A DNA stretch of 64,000 nt, taken from contig OZ024743.1 of the NCBI GenBank assembly GCA_964016885.1, forward strand, positions 59,830,001 through 59,894,000, in the 5' to 3' direction. Under the pieces are notes generated by a model. That model saw only the letters and a program-made list of their open reading frames with translations. It did not search any database and was not told where the DNA came from. Numbering within the stretch: the stretch's first letter is position 1; the number at the start of each line of letters is the position of its first letter. This stretch comes from Eledone cirrhosa (Eukaryota). Positions 1 to 13,538 of the stretch are shown here, piece by piece. A program made the position numbers and the translations under genes.

Positions 1-380
1 ATACATTTTTACATTTCTTAATCCAATTTTTAGTATTTAAACCCAATATAAAATAATATACCCAGTTTCCATATTTAGGCCTCTAATATTTAAATACCAT
101 CTATAATATTCGCACAGACGCCTCATCAATTTACTTTTTAACCGTTATTTACAGCTGTTTTTCATTTTGACAGCGTTCCTAATCAAAAGTCTCTCTCTCT
201 CTTCCTTTTTCTTATTTTTATCCTATCTTTTCTTCTCTTTCCTTTTCCTTTTTCTCCTCTTCTTTTCTTTCTATTCTCCTATCTCTTTCTTACTATAGTT
301 TTAACACTTATATTTCTGCCATATGTAGACTTACTACTTTCCGGTAAACAAGTGCTATTATGCCTCATATAATATTACCT

Positions 381-450
381 TATTTTATCTGATGAGAACA
401 CAATGTTTGTCCGAGGATAATTTTGTATTCGAAACGCGCATAATAAAATA
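381..450 (+). ncRNA. Minimal type I hammerhead ribozyme (family B, copy 1) at the 3' end of a PLE-like terminus
   Basis: Stem I TATTTTAT/ATAAAATA, core CTGATGA (389-395), stem II GAACACAA/TTGTATTC, GAAA (431-434), short CGCGCA stem III, then TA. Homologous to 6215-6278 and followed by (TA)n. Confidence 0.75.
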
Positions 451-490
451 TATGGAACTATTTTAACCTTATTCTAATTTCTTCTTTATA

Positions 491-553
<63 letters not shown>

Positions 554-641
554 AAATATATATATGTATATATATATATATATATACATACACACTTATA
601 TATATATATATATAGTTATTGATTTATACATATATATATGT

Positions 642-730
<89 letters not shown>

Positions 731-738
731 TATATATA

Positions 739-1028
739 GTTATGGTATGTACCCAGTTCTTCTATGTTTGATTTTACACCGAATGGCATATGGTTAATTA
801 TGTACTTGGTCGATTTATGCATGCTGTCGAAATGTTGGATAAATAACCTGCTGTGGATAACGCGAAGTACACACTCTCGTTTATTTGTCGTAGATTTCTT
901 CATAGGAGATTTTATCCTTATGGCTTAGTATAATTGATTTTTATTATGGTTGATTGTGCTGTTTGGCAGAGGAAATGGAGTATATATTTTGTTTATCTAA
1001 TAATTCTGTAGACATGATTTATAATAAT
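739..1028 (+). mobile_element. Solo copy of the non-coding hammerhead element family E (repeat unit R)
   Basis: Reverse complement of 17754-18045 and 18411-18703. Flanked on both sides by (TA)n. Confidence 0.8.
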
Positions 1029-1117
1029 ATATATATATATATACATATATGTATATATATATACAAATACGTATATATATATATATGTATGTATATATAT
1101 ACATATATATATGTATG

Positions 1118-1151
<34 letters not shown>

Positions 1152-1156
1152 CATAC

Positions 1157-1228
<72 letters not shown>

Positions 1229-1230
<2 letters not shown>

Positions 1231-1416
1231 CGAAGGAAATGTGGTAAGGAACCAGGTGGACCATAACGCATCAAAGTACTCAATACTGAAGGTAGTAGAG
1301 TGGGTAATAGGAACCAGTAAGACCCCGACGGCTGATCTCAAGCCGTTTCGACGGTTAATTCTGAATTAGCCGTCGAAACGGCTTGAGCTCAGCCGTCGGG
1401 GTCTTACTGGTTCCTA
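1229..1416 (-). mobile_element. Hairpin-headed short element (family H) copy 1
   Basis: Near-perfect palindrome 1308-1416 (TAGGAACCAGTAAGACCCCGACGG...CCGTCGGGGTCTTACTGGTTCCTA) plus an ~80-bp unique tail 1229-1307, inserted in (TA)n. Confidence 0.85.
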
Positions 1417-1418
1417 TA

Positions 1419-1478
<60 letters not shown>

Positions 1479-1670
1479 AACATATATATATATGTATATA
1501 TATATATACATATACATAGATATATATATATATGAATATATATATACATATATATATATACATACATATATATATGTATATATATATATATGCATACATA
1601 TATATATATATATAAGTATATATATATATACATATATATAATTATACATATACATATATATATATATGTT

Positions 1671-1702
<32 letters not shown>

Positions 1703-1704
1703 CA

Positions 1705-1830
1705 TAAGAACAAGTAAGACCCCGACGGCTGAGCTCAAGCCGTTTCGACGGCTAATTCTGGCCGTCAGGGTCTTACTTCTCCTATTACCCACTCTACTAC
1801 CCTAAGTATTGAGTACTTTGGTGCGTTATG
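1705..1830 (+). mobile_element. Family H copy 2, internally deleted and 3'-fused to a CR1-type LINE fragment
   Basis: AGTAAGACCCCGACGGCTGAGCTCAAGCCGTTTCGACGGCTAATTCTG|GCCGTCAGGGTCTTACT..CCTATTACCCACTC... runs straight into LINE sequence at 1831. Confidence 0.8.
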
Positions 1831-3005
1831 TTGGTGTCACTGGAAAGCTGCTGCAGTGGATCAAGAGCTTCCTGTCAAACAGAACCCAACATGTTGTAGT
1901 TGAAGGAGTCAAATCCAGCCCAGCCAAAGTCAGTAGTGGGGTTCCACAAGGCACTGTGTTGGGCCCACTTCTCTTCATTATCTATATTAATGACATCACT
2001 GACATCATCAAACACAGCAACATTAACATTTTCGCTGATGATTCCAAGCTCCAAAAGGTCATCAATGGCGTGGATGACCGGATAAGCCTTCAGTCAGACC
2101 TACTGGCTGTTACCCAATGGGCGGAAAAGAACAACATGTTACTGAACGAAGACAAATCCGAACTGATCCACTTTGGAAAAGAGGATGCTCTGAAACTCCC
2201 GTACTCCCTTCCCTCCGGGGAAACTCTCCTGGCATCTAACAACATCAGAGACTTGGGAGTAACCGTGGACAGCAACATAAGCTGGGCCACGCATATAAGC
2301 AGCAACGTTGACATGGCTCGCAGAATGTGTTCCTGGATCCTCAGAACCTTCCAGTCGAGAGATTCCCACACCATTATCCTTCTCTTCTCTACTTTTGCCC
2401 GACCACACCTTGAATACTGTTGTCCACTGTGGTCTCCCCACACGAAACAAAGTATCATGAAACTTGAAGCTCCTCAAAGGGCAATCACGAAAAAGATAGA
2501 TGGCATGTCAGACCTTGACTACTGGGGTCGACTAGAAAACCTGAAACTTTACTCACTCCAACGTCGCCGTGAGCGTTATATTATCTGCATGATGTGGAAA
2601 ATGTTCCATCATCTCTGCCCAAATGATGTTGGCATCGCCTTCACAATACACCCAAGGCTTGGGCCCCGTGCTATCCGTCCCATACAAAAATCTAAATCGC
2701 AACTCATAACAACAATACGGCACAATTATTTCACCTCAATTGGCCCTGCTCTATTCAACATCACACCAGGACACGTCAAAACAGAAACTGACCACACAAA
2801 ATTCAAGAAGTCTTTGGACAAATTCCTCCAAGTAATCCCGGACAAACCACCCACACCCGGATATGTCTCCGCAAACAGTAATTCTCTTCTCGAATGGGCC
2901 ATGGTGCTCAAATCCTGAATTGAAAGACTTCGCCAGGTGGTGCTATTAAGTTAGACATGGCCTGGGCCAATACTGGCCAAAACATTTCAAAGTTATTCAA
3001 AGTTA
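1831..3005 (+). mobile_element. 5'-truncated CR1/L2-group LINE (RT C-terminal half, 3' UTR)
   Basis: ORF 1809-2918 has SGVPQGTVLGPLLF, FADDSKL and SLQRRRERY and is nearly identical to 7399-8490 (-). It ends in TTTCAAAGTTATTCAAAGTTA followed by (TA)n. Confidence 0.93.
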
Positions 3006-5605
<2,600 letters not shown>

Positions 5606-6214
5606 GATAGAGAAAAGAAGGAAAAGGCCGATAAGATCAGTAACCTCCGCAGAATCACTGGCGCAATTTTTGACGTTAGATTATTCATCCTCAATTCATT
5701 ATCTTTTTTCTCTCATTCATGCTCATCTAACTTATTCATCCAATCTCCTACTTCTTTCACAATATATCCTTACTTACATTACGATTGCTATATTTTTATA
5801 TATTTTTTTAATAATAAACATCAACAATTTCTTTTTATCGCACATATTATTAAACCCTTCAATATACAAACCTTAACTTAAGATTATTTTTCTCTTCGTT
5901 AATTTTCAAATTCTTTTAATTTATATATAAACTTCCAACGGTTTTTCAACCTCTCTATGTAAAACAATATATTTTTTCTCACTTATAAAAGCTATCTCTC
6001 TCTCTCTATCACCCATCTCTCCTCCTATCTCATCCTTCCTCATTATACTCCTCCCCCTCCACGTTTTACTCTCATCTCCTCCTCTTTTTTATCCTTCCCC
6101 CCCCCTCAACATTTTTTTTCCCAATATCACACATCAATCTAAAACAAGTTTTCATATGTTGATTTAAAACTGCACTATTCACAAGTGTGTTTTAACCTTC
6201 ATATCATAACTCTC

Positions 6215-6278
6215 TATTTTATCTGACGAAATGTTATTGCATGATGATATTTGTTTTTGAAATGCGCATAATAAAATA
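6215..6278 (+). ncRNA. Minimal type I hammerhead (family B, copy 2)
   Basis: TATTTTAT-CTGACGA-...-GAAA-TGCGCA (palindromic stem III)-TA-ATAAAATA. Downstream sequence matches the 381-450 copy. Stem II is weak. Confidence 0.7.
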
Positions 6279-6340
6279 CATGGAACTCTTTTAACCATCT
6301 TTTGATCTTATATATTATAGATATATAGATATAAATATAC

Positions 6341-6443
<103 letters not shown>

Positions 6444-6555
6444 TATATATAGATATAGATATACATATATATATATCCATATCCATATATGTACATATAT
6501 ATATATATATACATATATATACATATATATATATACATATATATACATATACATA

Positions 6556-6974
6556 TGTAGTGACCTACATTCCGCGGGTTCACATACATTCTATGTGCGT
6601 GAGTTGGCTCAGCTCAGCCAATCAGCGCCGGTAGAAGAGGATGTATCCCTACGCGTTCTGAGGGAGAAATAGGCCGCAAGGATTTGAGGACGCTATGACT
6701 CGCAGATAGACCGTGCTAAGGTAAACACCACTTGTTCTTTTGCTCCGCCAGCACAAACAATATGTAACGACACATACATTTTACTACGGAATTGGCTAAA
6801 CGCCTCAGCCAGTCGACCGTATTTTATCTTGTAATCTTAATTGATTTTTTTTTTATTTCTCTTGGCATGCCAGCTCAACCTCTGTTAATAAATGATGTAA
6901 AACCAAGTTAAAGTCGTTGTCGATATTCTTATCATATCTTTCTACCAACCCTGGTTCCTCGTGGCAACATTACA
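6556..6974 (+). mobile_element. Putative LTR (solo or 5' LTR remnant)
   Basis: TGTAGTG...CATTACA termini, CCAAT (AGCCAATCAG) near the 5' end, AATAAA at ~6887, and PBS-like TGGTGAC ~18 nt downstream. No target-site duplication is visible. Confidence 0.5.
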
Positions 6975-7132
6975 ACACTCTACCTACCAAATTGGTGACT
7001 AACTCTCGAAATATAAATACTGATAAACATATATATATATACATATACATATATATACATATATATACATATACATACATATACATATATATATATATAT
7101 TTATATATACATATATATATATATATATATTT

Positions 7133-7294
<162 letters not shown>

Positions 7295-7398
7295 GGATAT
7301 ACATATATATATAACTTTGAATAACTTTGAAATGTTTTGGCCAGTATTGGCCCAGGCCATGTTTAACTTAATAGCACCAGCTAGCGAAGTCTTTCAAT

Positions 7399-9222
7399 TC
7401 AGGATTTGGGCACCATGGCCCATTCGAGAAGAGAATTACTGTTTGCGGAGACATATCCGGGTGTGGGTGGTTTGTTCGGGATTACTTGGAGGAATTTGTC
7501 CAAAGACTTCTTGAATTTTGTGTGGTCAGTTTCTGTTTTGACGTGTCCTGGTGTGATGTTGAAGAGAGCAGGGCCGATTGAGGTGAAATAATTGTGCCGT
7601 ATTGTTGTTATGAGTTGCGATTTAGATTTTTGAATGGGACGGATAGCACGGGGCCCAAGCCTTGGGTGTATCTTGAAGGCGATGCCAACATCATTTGGGC
7701 AGTGATGATGGAACATTTTCCACATCATGCAGATAATATAACGCTCACGGCGACGTTGGAGTGAGTAAAGTTTCAGGTTTTCTAGTCGACTCCAGTAGTC
7801 AAGGTCTGACATGCCATCTATCTTTTTCGTGATTGCCCTTTGAGGAGCTTCAAGTTTCATGATACTTTGTTTCGTGTGGGGAGACCACAGTGGACAACAG
7901 TATTCAAGGTGTGGTCGGGCAAAAGTAGAGAAGAGGAGGATAATGGTGTGGGAATCTCTCGACTGGAAGGTTCTGAGGATCCAGGAACACATTCTGCGGG
8001 CCATGTCAACTTTGCTGCTTATATGCGTGGCCCAGCTTATGTTGCTGTCCACGGTTACTCCCAAGTCTCTGATGTTGTTAGACGCCAGGAGAGTTTCCCC
8101 GGATGGAAGGGAGTACGGGAGTTTCAGAGCATCCTCTTTTCCAAAGTGGATCAGTTCGAATTTGTCTTCGTTCAGTAACATGTTGTTCTTTTCCGCCCAT
8201 TGGGTAACAGCCAGTAGGTCTGACTGAAGGCTTATTCGGTCATCCACGCCATTGATGACCTTTTGGAGCTTGAAATCATCAGCGAAAATGTTAATGTTGC
8301 TGTGTTTGATGATGTCAGTGATGTCATTAATATAGATGATGAAGAGAAGTGGGCCCAACACAGTGCCTTGTGGGACCCCACTACTGACTTTGGCTGGGCT
8401 GGATTTGACTCCTTCAACTACAACATGTTGGGTTCTATTTGACAGGAAGCTCTTGATCCACTGCAGCAGCTTTCCAGTGACACCAATATTGGACAGCTTT
8501 CTCAGTAGAATGTTATGATCAACCCTGTCAAAGACCTTGCTGAAATCAAGGTAGATAACATCAGTGTTGGAACCCTCTCCCAAGGCTCTCAAAATGTCAT
8601 CAAAGTGATGCAGTAGCTGCGTCAGGCAATCCCTTCCATTACGGAATCCATGCTGGTTGGAGTTCAGCATATTGTTACTCTCGAGGAAGTGGGTCATTCG
8701 CGATCTCACCACTCTCTCAAATACCTTAATGATATGAGAGGTGAGTGAGATTGGACGGTAATTCACGTCAAGGGATTTGTTTCCCTTTTTGAAAACTGGG
8801 ACAACAGACTGGGATAGAAGGTTTTCTGGCACATATCCAGCATCCAGTGAGTTCCGCCACAGATTGGCAAGAGGAGATGCAAGTTGGTGTTGACACGCCT
8901 TCAAGACACAAGCAGGGAACCTATCGGGACCTACTGCTGAATTATGCTTGATTTCCTTTATTGCCGCTAAGACATCAGGGGCGCCAAACGTTATGTCCGA
9001 TAAGGTGTAATGGGGAGTAACATCGCCGATACAGCCCAGATCGGCCATATCAGGATTGCTGAAAACAGAGCAGTATTGTTTCTGCAGTATCTCACCCATG
9101 GTTTTAGCATTGTCTTGAAGAGTGCCATTTTCATCAATTAGAGGGCCAACAGTAGAGCCAGTGATTTTGTGTTTTTTTTGCAAATGAAAAGAACACTTTG
9201 GGATTGAGTTTGATCTTCTCAA
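7399..9222 (-). CDS. LINE ORF2 C-terminal part: reverse transcriptase
   Basis: NYRPISLTS, QHGFR, YLDFSKVFDRVDH, GVPQGTVLGP, FADD. Open to the stop at 7399. Confidence 0.93.
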   Translation of the reverse strand: MRRSNSIPKCSFHLQKKHKITGSTVGPLIDENGTLQDNAKTMGEILQKQYCSVFSNPDMADLGCIGDVTPHYTLSDITFGAPDVLAAIKEIKHNSAVGPDRFPACVLKACQHQLASPLANLWRNSLDAGYVPENLLSQSVVPVFKKGNKSLDVNYRPISLTSHIIKVFERVVRSRMTHFLESNNMLNSNQHGFRNGRDCLTQLLHHFDDILRALGEGSNTDVIYLDFSKVFDRVDHNILLRKLSNIGVTGKLLQWIKSFLSNRTQHVVVEGVKSSPAKVSSGVPQGTVLGPLLFIIYINDITDIIKHSNINIFADDFKLQKVINGVDDRISLQSDLLAVTQWAEKNNMLLNEDKFELIHFGKEDALKLPYSLPSGETLLASNNIRDLGVTVDSNISWATHISSKVDMARRMCSWILRTFQSRDSHTIILLFSTFARPHLEYCCPLWSPHTKQSIMKLEAPQRAITKKIDGMSDLDYWSRLENLKLYSLQRRRERYIICMMWKMFHHHCPNDVGIAFKIHPRLGPRAIRPIQKSKSQLITTIRHNYFTSIGPALFNITPGHVKTETDHTKFKKSLDKFLQVIPNKPPTPGYVSANSNSLLEWAMVPKS

Positions 9223-10420
9223 TGGCCCAGGCCTCTTCAGCTCTTCTCTGATTGTTGATGAGGATCATTATGTTGTTTTGGAGGTTATGTTTTTTAATCT
9301 CTAGTGATGAAATTGCAGTCAAGTTGATGTGTTGCTGCTGACGGTATTTCAGCTTGTTGATTTTTTTGTTCGTTCTCTTAATTTTTCTGATGAGCGTTTT
9401 TCTATTTCTAGGGATTCTGCTCTTAGATTTGTTTATAGTTCTTAATGGGGTGTGTTTTGCACATATGTTTGTAACAGTGTCCACAAATGTCTGCCAGGAC
9501 TTTTTGATGTTAGTGGGTGTATGAGTGTGCGTGAAGTACCAGTCGACATGTGCAAGATCATGACTGATCGCTTCCCAGTTTGCATTGTGGAAATCCATAG
9601 CGTCAAACGGATGGACAGGAGAGATGACATTGGGTTTGTATATTGGACGGTGGAATCTCAGATTACAGAGAACCATGTCATGATCAGAGAGTAGAGTTTT
9701 CTCCACTGCAATATTGTGGATATTGTCAGTGTGATTGCTGAAAATTAAGTCTAGGACGTTTTTGTGGCACCTCGTTGGTTCGAGCGCCAGTTGGGATAGG
9801 AAGAAATCATCCATGAAGTCAAGAAGCGATTCCACTGGTTCCCTGTCAGAGGTTGTGGCAGAAGAACCTGGTGGCAGGCTGTTTGTGGACCAGTCAACTC
9901 CGGGGAGGTTGAAGTCCCCCATCATTAAGATGTTGTCAGGGTGACACTCTTGGATGAAACACTTTATGCTGTTGAGGCATTCCTTGAAGCATGGTACAGG
10001 CGTTTGGGGTGGCCTATAGAGCCCAACTACTATTAGGTTGTTGGTTTGACTGAATACAGTGACTGCTTCACAGTATCCATTAGTGAATATGTTCATAGCC
10101 TCTGTTGAAAAAGAATTATGGACATAAATGGCAGTCCCGCCCTTTCTTCTGCCAGCGCGATCAGCCGGGATGGCTTTGAAATTTTTCACTTTCACCTCGG
10201 CTTCCAAGTGGAGGTTACTGAGATGGGTTTCAGTGAGGACGAAGAAAGGGATGTGGTTTGGATGGACATCAATCCAGTCCTCCAGGAATTTGATCTTCCA
10301 TTTTTGAGTATTGGTGGAAGGGCTGATGCCTTGGGCGTTAAGCAAAAATGTAGAGGCGAGAGTGGATGGTTTTAATTGTTTTGGTGTGTTGTTAATTTGT
10401 TTGTTTGTTAATGGCAGCAA
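9134..10420 (-). CDS. LINE ORF2 N-terminal part: apurinic-like endonuclease
   Basis: FLLNAQGI, VLTETHL, GGTAIY, GLYRPP, MGDFNLP, VLDLIFSN, LSDH. Frameshifts at the A8 run 9172-9179 into the RT frame. Confidence 0.9.
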   Translation of the reverse strand: MLPLTNKQINNTPKQLKPSTLASTFLLNAQGISPSTNTQKWKIKFLEDWIDVHPNHIPFFVLTETHLSNLHLEAEVKVKNFKAIPADRAGRRKGGTAIYVHNSFSTEAMNIFTNGYCEAVTVFSQTNNLIVVGLYRPPQTPVPCFKECLNSIKCFIQECHPDNILMMGDFNLPGVDWSTNSLPPGSSATTSDREPVESLLDFMDDFFLSQLALEPTRCHKNVLDLIFSNHTDNIHNIAVEKTLLSDHDMVLCNLRFHRPIYKPNVISPVHPFDAMDFHNANWEAISHDLAHVDWYFTHTHTPTNIKKSWQTFVDTVTNICAKHTPLRTINKSKSRIPRNRKTLIRKIKRTNKKINKLKYRQQQHINLTAISSLEIKKHNLQNNIMILINNQRRAEEAWAIEKIKLNPKVFFSFAKKTQNHWLYCWPSN

Positions 10421-11289
10421 TGGGAGTTTGTGCAGTGGGTGATAGTGGAGGGTGGTGCTGGGTGATAGCTCGAATGTTTTTTTCCAGTTCTTTTGCCAGA
10501 TTCATTATGGCTAAAAAAGAGGAATAAGTTTCCTGTTTAGAAGACTGTTGGTGACTGTGGTAGTGGTTATTTTTATGTAGGTTATGGTTTTTGTTTTTGC
10601 TTTTATTTTTAATTTTATTTTCATTTGTCCGACGGGTCCCCGGGAGATGGGTAAAGGGACAATCCCGGTCTAAACACAATCTGTCTCGCAGGGAAAAGCG
10701 GCAGATTTGTGGATTCCTTGTTTGAGTTATTGGTGGTTGTGTTGGTGTTAAATTAGAGTATGTATTATGGTGGTAGCTGTTTGTGGGGATAGATCGTTTT
10801 GTCCTAGGTAAATGGGTGAATTTGCAGCCACTATCCGTACATATTCTATAGCGTAGAGAGTAGCGGCAAATGATGGGGTTTCGAGTGGGTGGGTATGTGG
10901 GTGTGTGTGTTGTGAGAGGTGTAGATGATGGTTTGAGTAGGATTTGACGACCTTTGTGGACTGTGGGAGGGAGAGTTCTTGTTCTGGTATTAGAAGGTAA
11001 ATTCCGTGAAATAGCAGTAGCCAAAGATGTTGTAGTAGTAGTAGTAGTAGTAGGCAGAGAAGATGTTGGCAGTGGTGATGATTGGACTGCTGGGCCAGAG
11101 AAAGGATGTGGCGTTTCCTGCTGTGGGACAGAGGCTACTGGGAGGTCAATAGTTTCATTTAGTAGATCGGCCATTGTTGATGAATCAAGGAGTGGTTCAC
11201 ACTGTTGTTGTTGTTGTTGTCGTTGTTGTTGTTGCTGTTGTTGATGTTGTTGTTGCTGTTGTTGTTGTAGCTGTTTTTGTTGTTGCCGT

Positions 11290-11321
<32 letters not shown>

Positions 11322-11582
11322 TTGGACAGCATTCGAAGAAAAAACACACCGTAGTTTATCCAAATGTTTATTGATTAATTTAAAAGCAATTTCGATTTGC
11401 TTTAATTTATTTTGAATCTGTTGTTCAGATCGAGTTTTCAAAAGTTGAACTGTACGTTTAGCAATGTCGTTCGGACATGAAGCATCTATGTCTTCTGTTT
11501 GGGTAAGGTAATGCCATGTGTTTATTAGAATGTCGATTTCATTATCAGACCAGTTCTGTTTGGATTTTTGCTGGTTAGCCAT
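10392..11582 (-). CDS. LINE ORF1: Myb/SANT-like N-terminus, polyQ and polyT tracts, two CCCH-type zinc fingers
   Basis: First ATG at 11582 (MANQQKS). Motifs NWSDNEIDILINTW, a (CAA/CAG)n Q-run, CRYSLRYRICTDSGCKFTH and CRFSLRDRLCLDRDCPFTH. Confidence 0.8.
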
Positions 11583-11703
11583 TCTAGTTTTGAGTGTGTG
11601 TGTTTTAGTTAAGTATTTCAATATATATATATTTTTTTTTCATTTATTTTTGTTTTTTGTTTTTCTTGTGTGTGAGTGAGAAGATTATATAGATAAATAT
11701 GAG

Positions 11704-11736
<33 letters not shown>

Positions 11737-12035
11737 TCTGGTTATTTGAAATTAAAAATTAATTAAATTAATGAAAAGACGAAACTATATAATAATCATT
11801 TGTAGTTAAAGGAAAATGTACTCACAAGTTGGAAAACACGAGGTTTCAAATATATAATAATATAGATGTATGTAAATGTATTAAGCGGTCAATTTTTGTT
11901 TGTTTGGTTTTGTTTTGTTTTGTGGTTTTGTTTTGTGGTTGTGTGACTTGCTGCTTACTCGGGGAGAGAAGTAAAAACACGTCCTTATACTTCAACTGCT
12001 CAACTGTATATGTATATATATATATATATACATAA

Positions 12036-12122
<87 letters not shown>

Positions 12123-12151
12123 TATACATATATATACATATATATATATAC

Positions 12152-12200
<49 letters not shown>

Positions 12201-12223
12201 TATACATATATATATATATATAC

Positions 12224-12276
<53 letters not shown>

Positions 12277-12312
12277 CATATATACATATATATATACATA
12301 TATATACATATA

Positions 12313-12358
<46 letters not shown>

Positions 12359-12360
<2 letters not shown>

Positions 12361-12472
12361 ATAAAACATATTTTATTGTTTTCCGGGATTTATTTTTAAC
12401 CTACAACATTTTAAACATACGGATTACATTGTGTTCTTCATGCAGACTAGACCCCATAATTAACCGTGGACA

Positions 12473-12480
<8 letters not shown>
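12359..12480. repeat. ~120-bp unclassified interspersed repeat (second copy 14571-14697)
   Basis: TTTTATTGTTTTCCG.GATTTATTTTTAACCTACAACATTTTAAACATACGGATTACATTGTGTTCTTCATGCAGACTAGACCCCATAATTAA is present twice, between microsatellites. Confidence 0.8.
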
Positions 12481-12515
<35 letters not shown>

Positions 12516-12516
<1 letters not shown>

Positions 12517-12701
12517 ACGAAGGAACTGTGGTAAGGACCCAGGTGGACCATAACGCTCCAACGTACTCAATACTTAGGGTAGTAGAGTGGGTAATAGGAA
12601 CGAGTAGGACCACGACATCTGAGCTCAAGCCGTTTCAACGGCTAATTCTAGACTCCAGAACTAGCCGTCGAAACGGCTTGAGCTCAGCCTACTCGTTCCT
12701 A
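12516..12701 (-). mobile_element. Family H copy 3
   Basis: Tail plus hairpin with copy-specific arms AGGAACGAGTAGG / CCTACTCGTTCCT, in (TA)n. Confidence 0.85.
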
Positions 12702-12723
12702 TATATATATATATATATGTATA

Positions 12724-12838
<115 letters not shown>

Positions 12839-13338
12839 ATATTATTTTTTTATTTTCTCGCGTATCGTGGTTGTCTCCCCTTCCCGCTTCGTTACGCTAT
12901 GAAACTTCCTCAGTCAAAAAACTGCTGGAATTTCAAATTTGGCGGTCATTCGATGCGTGAGGGAGCAGCTTAGCAGACACGATTTTTAACTGCGGTGAGA
13001 TTTTTTTCTTATATCAAAGTTTAATGGGCTTCCACTGAAGATTTATAAGTGCCCACCTAAATATATTCTTACATGAATATATGTTAGGCTTCTACATAAA
13101 CTGGAAACATTCTCCCAATTTGTAGAAAACTTATAATGAAACAATTGTTTGGAAAGAGAGATATATTTTAACTTTAATTATATCTCATAAAACAATACAA
13201 CTGGCTTTCCACAAAATACATATAGTTAGCACCCCAAACACATAAATTGGGTTATACTAACAGATAACCTAATGTTTGTTGAGTGAGATGGTTGCCAGTC
13301 GGAGTTTAGCGCTAAGCTATCACTCTTATTGTATTAAT

Positions 13339-13398
<60 letters not shown>

Positions 13399-13417
13399 TA
13401 TACATATACATATATAT

Positions 13418-13467
<50 letters not shown>

Positions 13468-13488
13468 GTATATATATATATATATATA

Positions 13489-13526
<38 letters not shown>

Positions 13527-13538
13527 TATACATATATA

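Larger units (their letters stand above)
7312..12006 (-). mobile_element. Full-length CR1/L2-group LINE (~4.7 kb) in (TA)n
   Basis: 5' UTR, ORF1, APE-RT ORF2, short 3' UTR and a (TTCAAAGTTA)2 tail. Both flanks are (TA)n. Confidence 0.92.

Noticed and set aside
11978-12006. Inr/DPE-like internal promoter of the LINE (CAGTT...GGACGTG)
   Set aside because: The spacing is +22 rather than the +28 required. Suggestive only.
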